A stretch of 41,274 nucleotides of DNA. Origin: a bacterium (GTDB lineage Bacteria; Patescibacteriota; Saccharimonadia; Saccharimonadales; JAUPVS01). Numbering within the stretch: position 1 is the first letter of the stretch; each line of letters starts with the position of its first letter. The stretch spans positions 1 through 41,274 of the forward strand of contig JAKOXV010000024.1 in NCBI GenBank assembly GCA_029780855.1, read 5' to 3'. The translations under genes were made by a program, and so were the position numbers. The notes beneath the pieces were generated by a model. It was not told where the DNA came from and did not search any database. It saw only the letters and a program-made list of their open reading frames with translations. This document shows positions 37,504 through 41,274 of the stretch, piece by piece.

Positions 37504-38931
37504 ATGTCCAAAACCCGTACCAGATTCGCTCCAAGCCCGACCGGTTATTTACACGTCGGTGGAATTCGTACCGCACTATTTGCGTTTCTTTTGGCTCGTC
37601 AAAACAAAGGTCAGTTTATACTGCGATTAGAGGATACTGACCAGAAACGAGAGGTTAAAGGTGCAGACCAGCACATTATTGATAGTCTGCATGCGTTATG
37701 GATCGAGTACGACGAAGGACCAGACAGCGGTGGGCCACACGCCCCGTACCGCCAAAGCGAACGGCTGGAAATATATAAGAAATGGGCCCAAAAACTTATC
37801 CAATCTGGTAGGGCATATGCCGATCCTTATACACCACAAGAAGTTCAGGCCTTCAGGGAACAAGCGCAAAAGGACAAGAAGCCTTTTCTGTATCGGAATC
37901 ATCGGCCGAAAAATCCTCCGGCATGGGACGGGAGTCAACCATTACGATTTAAATCAGAGCCAAAGCCGTACCAATGGAACGATGCGGTAATGGGAGAACT
38001 GTCTACCGGACCAGAAGTGATTGATGATTTTATACTAGTAAAAAGCGATGGTTTTCCTACCTATAACTTCGCCCACATTGTGGATGATGCGGACATGCAG
38101 GTAAGCCACGTAATCCGCGGGCAGGAATTCTTGGCAAGCGTGCCAAACTACCTCAACCTCTACGAAGCGCTCGATATTACACCGCCCGTTCTTGCTACCA
38201 TGCCGCACATTTTAGGCACGGACGGAAATAAAAAACTTTCCAAACGTGACGGTGCCAAAGACGTGCTGGATTATATAAGAGAAGGGTACTTACCCGAAGC
38301 GCTTATAAGCTTCATTGCCACATTAGGGTGGAATGATGGAACTACCCAAGAAGTGTTTACGCTGGAAGAGCTTATCAAAAAATTCAGCTTAGAGCGGGTT
38401 GGACGGTCTGGTGCACATTTTGACGAGCGACGCCTGCAATGGGTTAACGGCCACTTTATCAGAACTATTGACAGCGGTGCTTTATACACCCTGTGTCAAG
38501 AGTTCTGGCCAAAAGAGGCTACCGACTACGATGACGAATACAAAAAGTCAGTGCTTGAACTAATAAAAGAGCGGATGAAGTTTTTGGCTGAACTTCCAGA
38601 GCTTTCGCGCTTCTTTTTTGTAGATCTACCAGTAGACGAAACGTTGATTAGCTCACACAAGCAGCTAAAAAAGATGGACTCCGACGAACTCAAAACGCTT
38701 CTTAACGCTGCTAAGGCAGAGCTTGCAGAAAGCGATTTCAGTGCCACAGATCTCACGAACCGGCTCAATGGGCTACTTACCATCACACATACCAAACCAG
38801 CCGTCCTCTTCAGCCTCATTCGTATCGCTACGACCCAAGCAGCAGCTAGTCCCGGCCTCGCCGAAACTCTCCACGTACTGGGGAAAGAACGATCGCTAGA
38901 CCGCATTGACACACAGCTTGAAGCGCTCTAA
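37504..38931 (+). CDS. gltX: Glutamate--tRNA ligase
   Basis: RTRFAPSPTGYLHVGG (HIGH), LRLEDTD, PYRQSER, PTYNFA..VDD, HVIRG and KLSKR. Confidence 0.97.
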   Translation: MSKTRTRFAPSPTGYLHVGGIRTALFAFLLARQNKGQFILRLEDTDQKREVKGADQHIIDSLHALWIEYDEGPDSGGPHAPYRQSERLEIYKKWAQKLIQSGRAYADPYTPQEVQAFREQAQKDKKPFLYRNHRPKNPPAWDGSQPLRFKSEPKPYQWNDAVMGELSTGPEVIDDFILVKSDGFPTYNFAHIVDDADMQVSHVIRGQEFLASVPNYLNLYEALDITPPVLATMPHILGTDGNKKLSKRDGAKDVLDYIREGYLPEALISFIATLGWNDGTTQEVFTLEELIKKFSLERVGRSGAHFDERRLQWVNGHFIRTIDSGALYTLCQEFWPKEATDYDDEYKKSVLELIKERMKFLAELPELSRFFFVDLPVDETLISSHKQLKKMDSDELKTLLNAAKAELAESDFSATDLTNRLNGLLTITHTKPAVLFSLIRIATTQAAASPGLAETLHVLGKERSLDRIDTQLEAL

Positions 38932-38934
38932 AAC

Positions 38935-38964
38935 AAAAAAACTCCACGCAACGATACCGTAGAG
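38935..38964 (-). terminator. Intrinsic terminator for the GC-rich 114-aa gene
   Basis: Minus strand CUCUACG-N9-CGUGGAG (one G-U) followed by U7. Confidence 0.7.
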
Positions 38965-39020
38965 CATACTGTTTGTCATGTAAGTAAAAATGGCAGATGA
39001 GTTTGGAGAGCGATACGCAA

Positions 39021-39084
39021 GTGGTGGCAGGGAAGCCGATTGTTTGTCGCGACTGCAACGAAAACTTTGGCTCCCTGCCACCAC
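39021..39084. other. Long 3'-UTR hairpin with 13-bp perfect stem
   Basis: GTGGTGGCAGGGA (39021-39033) pairs with TCCCTGCCACCAC (39072-39084), 11 nt downstream of the minus-strand stop codon. Confidence 0.75.
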
Positions 39085-39095
39085 CATGGATCTGC

Positions 39096-39440
39096 TCAGA
39101 CCACGAGCGGCGGATCGAGCACGAAGCCCTTCACGCGCAGGATCTCGTGCGCCTCGCGGATGAAGAGCATCAGCTGACGGACGGACCGGCTGGTCTTGAT
39201 GGCCAGGTTGCCGGGCTCGGCTCCCTTCAGGGTGAGGGAGAACTCCGTGACGTCTCCGAGATCGAAGATCTCCCGGATGGCCTCGCGGATCGGGCCGGGC
39301 ATGCGCTCGCCGCTCTCGTTGGGACGATCGAGCGAGGTGAAGTGGCCGTGTCCGGTCACGTAGTTGCCGTCGAGGGGGATATGAACCCATCCTCCACGCC
39401 AGAGTCTCACCCGTGGTTTCACTGCGGTGCTTCCTGACAT
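39096..39440 (-). CDS. GC-rich hypothetical protein (114 aa)
   Basis: Start MSGSTAVK at 39440 behind GAGAAAGG. Codons are mostly G/C-ending (sample line 40/60 GC). Has its own promoter and terminator; no family recognised. Confidence 0.7.
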   Translation of the reverse strand: MSGSTAVKPRVRLWRGGWVHIPLDGNYVTGHGHFTSLDRPNESGERMPGPIREAIREIFDLGDVTEFSLTLKGAEPGNLAIKTSRSVRQLMLFIREAHEILRVKGFVLDPPLVV

Positions 39441-39468
39441 AGTCGGGGTACCTTTCTCTCGCATTGTA

Positions 39469-39519
39469 TGGCTACAGCTACCACCGGTAAGGGAACAGTA
39501 CCAGTAATAGCTATAGCCA
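39469..39519 (-). promoter_or_regulatory. 21-bp 5'-UTR hairpin
   Basis: UGGCUAUAGCUAUUACUGGUA pairs with UACCGGUGGUAGCUGUAGCCA. All four non-Watson-Crick positions are G-U on the minus strand, which points to an RNA-level structure on that strand. Confidence 0.75.
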
Positions 39520-39577
39520 ACACACTCATCTGCCAAGGTGCGTTTGAGAGCTTAAAACTCAATCAAACTTGAACTTT

Positions 39578-39606
39578 ATTATACTTTATTTTTTAGTATT
39601 AGTCAA
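39578..39606 (-). promoter_or_regulatory. Near-consensus sigma70 promoter TTGACT-N17-TATAAT for the 114-aa gene
   Basis: -35 at 39606-39601, -10 at 39583-39578, spacer exactly 17 nt. Same hexamers as the promoter at 28548-28576. Confidence 0.85.
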
Positions 39607-39626
39607 GCAATTCATAAGCGGTATAG

Positions 39627-39854
39627 CTACGCTTGAGCCTCAAAACGCTGGACTGCATCGGTGACATCTTTAGCTAATCGGTCTATCTTTTGTTCTAGCA
39701 GTTCAATCTCATCTTCTACATGGGCTAGCTTGGCGAGCGACGTCGCGGTCATACTCTTCAGCTTCTCGGCTTGGGCATTGGCGTCGTTAAGCCGAGCTTC
39801 GCTTTCATAAGGATCCCAAAAACTAAATTGTTCTTCATCAAAATTATCTGTCAT
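39627..39854 (-). CDS. Small coiled-coil hypothetical protein (75 aa), backbone-like GC
   Basis: MTDNFDEEQFSFWDPY...LAHVEDEIELLEQKIDRLAKDV heptads. The ATG directly follows HHR2; the longer 39995 start would run through the structured RNA. Confidence 0.55.
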   Translation of the reverse strand: MTDNFDEEQFSFWDPYESEARLNDANAQAEKLKSMTATSLAKLAHVEDEIELLEQKIDRLAKDVTDAVQRFEAQA

Positions 39855-39857
39855 TTT

Positions 39858-39915
39858 TGCTACCTTTCGTCCTTTTGGACTCATCAGCGTAAGCACACAC
39901 TTACGGAGGATAGCA
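39858..39915 (-). ncRNA. Type III hammerhead ribozyme (HHR2)
   Basis: Minus strand reads UGCUA-u-CCUC^CGUAAG-ugugug-CUUACG-CUGAUGA-GUCC-aaaa-GGAC-GAAAGG-UAGCA. Complete core, CUC triplet, stem I 6 bp, stem II 4 bp, stem III 8 bp with one bulged U. Predicted cut between 39906 and 39905. Confidence 0.92.
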
Positions 39916-40046
39916 CGGAGTGGTTGATTCAGAAGAGGGAAGAGTCTTACGCTGGAGGCGTAATGCTCGATTCCATTCTGAACCAACACACTCACGTGAC
40001 CTGAAATTCAGGATTTGTGAACGGATGTTCCGTTCAGGAGGGAAGG

Positions 40047-40295
40047 TCAGCCGTTGGCGACCTTCCCGGCGACGACGACGACGGCACCCGGCTCGAGCTG
40101 GTCGTCGGGCTCGATCTGGCGGCCGTTGGCCGTGATGGCCTTGCCGCCGGAGATGTCCACCCCCGCCTTGTCCAGGTACCCACCGGCGGTGAGCCCCGGC
40201 TCGTAGTCGAGGGTCTGGCTGTCACCGCCGAACTCGGCGATCCGAACCGTCCCGGCCGGGACGACCTCGTCCGGCGTCAACACGTCTGCTGCCAT
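40047..40295 (-). CDS. Ubiquitin-like (beta-grasp, ThiS/MoaD-like) protein ending in Gly
   Basis: 82 aa with beta-grasp pattern (T....L...G.......ITANG......QL.PG.VVVV) and C-terminus KVANG. SD AAGGAG; directly downstream of an E1-like gene. Confidence 0.8.
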   Translation of the reverse strand: MAADVLTPDEVVPAGTVRIAEFGGDSQTLDYEPGLTAGGYLDKAGVDISGGKAITANGRQIEPDDQLEPGAVVVVAGKVANG

Positions 40296-40308
40296 GATGC
40301 ACTCCTTC

Positions 40309-40965
40309 TCACGTTGTTGAGAACTGCATGGTCTTGAGGTCCGACATGATGTTGCTTCGGTACGACTCCTTTCTAATGAAGAGGGTGAGCTGCGCCACCA
40401 TCAGTCCCGCGAGGGTGGTGGGTGGATGAATCACCGTCCGGGCTGCACAAGGCAGCTCGGCCGCTTCCTCATCCGGGAAGAGCCACTGCTCGTACTCCGC
40501 CTGGGCATCGAAGTCCGACGGATTGAGTGACAGTAGCTGGAACTGCTCGCCACCGATGCGACCGTCCATGAAGAACGGCACCAGTGGGTTGAACTTCACC
40601 GCCTGCCAGATGCCCATACGGCTGGCCATGGAATCCACACCGGCGATCACCACACCACTGAGTTCTGACGTCGAGGTGACGTGCTCCTCGTGGATGGTGA
40701 CCTCACAGGTGGAACCCTGGCGCTCGACAAAATCCATGGCCGCTTTGGCCTTGGACATGCCGATGTCGTCGGGACGGTAGATGAGCTGGGCCGGGATGTT
40801 GTGCGGCTCCACCTCATCACTGTCCCAGAGCACCAGATCCTTGATGCCGAGCTTCATCAGCGGCAGCAGTACGGCAGAGCCGATACCGCCCAGGCCGACG
40901 AGGTGCACCGGCCAAGCGAAGGCCTCGGGATCGAAGATCTTCAACTGATCACCGTAGTCGATCAT
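40309..40965 (-). CDS. ThiF/MoeB/E1-family adenylyltransferase
   Basis: VGLGGIGS, WDSDEVEPHNIPAQ, IG.SKA, GVDSM.SR and DGRIGG. Candidate catalytic Cys in AELPCAAR; no CxxC zinc sites. Confidence 0.9.
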   Translation of the reverse strand: MIDYGDQLKIFDPEAFAWPVHLVGLGGIGSAVLLPLMKLGIKDLVLWDSDEVEPHNIPAQLIYRPDDIGMSKAKAAMDFVERQGSTCEVTIHEEHVTSTSELSGVVIAGVDSMASRMGIWQAVKFNPLVPFFMDGRIGGEQFQLLSLNPSDFDAQAEYEQWLFPDEEAAELPCAARTVIHPPTTLAGLMVAQLTLFIRKESYRSNIMSDLKTMQFSTT

Positions 40966-41274
40966 CAGTCATCACCGACCCTCAGAGCAAGCGGCTCCAG
41001 GGAACCGGCGAACAGCAGCACATCATCCTGCCTCACCGAACGGTTGGGCAGGAGCGGACGGTGCTGCTTGACCTTCCGGGCGATCTCCCGCCGGCACTCG
41101 TCCTGGATGAGGACATCCGAGGGAACCCGCACCCGCAGCTGGAGCGGCGTCCAAGCCCTGTAGGGCCTGAACATGTCCAGACGCAGATCGAACTCCCCGC
41201 GCTTGTTCAGCACCAAGCTGACCATCCAGTCCGCCTGGTAGTCCTCGATGTTCCGAAGATCCACCGAGGAGAAG
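40965..41274 (-). CDS. JAB/MPN-domain metallopeptidase, 3' part only (runs off window end)
   Basis: The frame is open to the window edge and begins FSSVDLRNI...WMVSLVLNKRGE. This fits the S-x2-D tail of the JAMM motif and the following strand. The HxH lies outside the window. TGATG overlap with the E1 start. Confidence 0.65.
   Translation of the reverse strand, partial: FSSVDLRNIEDYQADWMVSLVLNKRGEFDLRLDMFRPYRAWTPLQLRVRVPSDVLIQDECRREIARKVKQHRPLLPNRSVRQDDVLLFAGSLEPLALRVGDD

Noticed and set aside
38965-39095. Third hammerhead downstream of the 114-aa gene
   Set aside because: No CUGANGA...GAAA core with flanking stems found on either strand; this unit ends in an intrinsic terminator.
38997-39437. 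146-aa plus-strand ORF with a CxxC...C..H pattern
   Set aside because: Mostly antisense to the GC-rich gene, and its Cys-rich part coincides with the RNA hairpin. The promoter, RBS and terminator all support the minus strand.
40017-41163. Plus-strand ORFs (106, 85, 160 aa) over the Ubl/E1/JAB genes
   Set aside because: Antisense shadows of high-GC coding sequence.

Overview
This 41 kb window has a backbone of about 45% GC (hand count of sample lines). Its gene content suggests a CPR/Patescibacteria genome, probably Saccharibacteria; this is an inference. The backbone encodes three MacB/FtsX-type ABC pairs, a 2047-aa surface protein, an MMPL transporter, an orphan histidine kinase, a respiratory cluster (cydAB, FAD-linked oxidase, NDH-2), stress and housekeeping genes, tRNA-Ser(GGA), tRNA-Leu(CAA), a sortase and gltX. 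Three minus-strand coding patches of about 65-70% GC stand out: an internally deleted flotillin/SPFH-family gene, a 114-aa orphan gene, and a JAB-E1(ThiF)-Ubl ubiquitin-like operon that runs off the window end. The two patches whose 5' ends are visible share an identical TTGACT-N17-TATAAT promoter. All three have purine-rich SD-like sites and heavily structured UTRs. Two of them end in complete type III hammerhead ribozymes (27569-27624 and 39858-39915). This repeated architecture of GC-rich cargo, a strong promoter and a ribozyme-defined 3' end is the main candidate for an undescribed system. One hypothesis is that these are transcripts tuned for a high-GC host.
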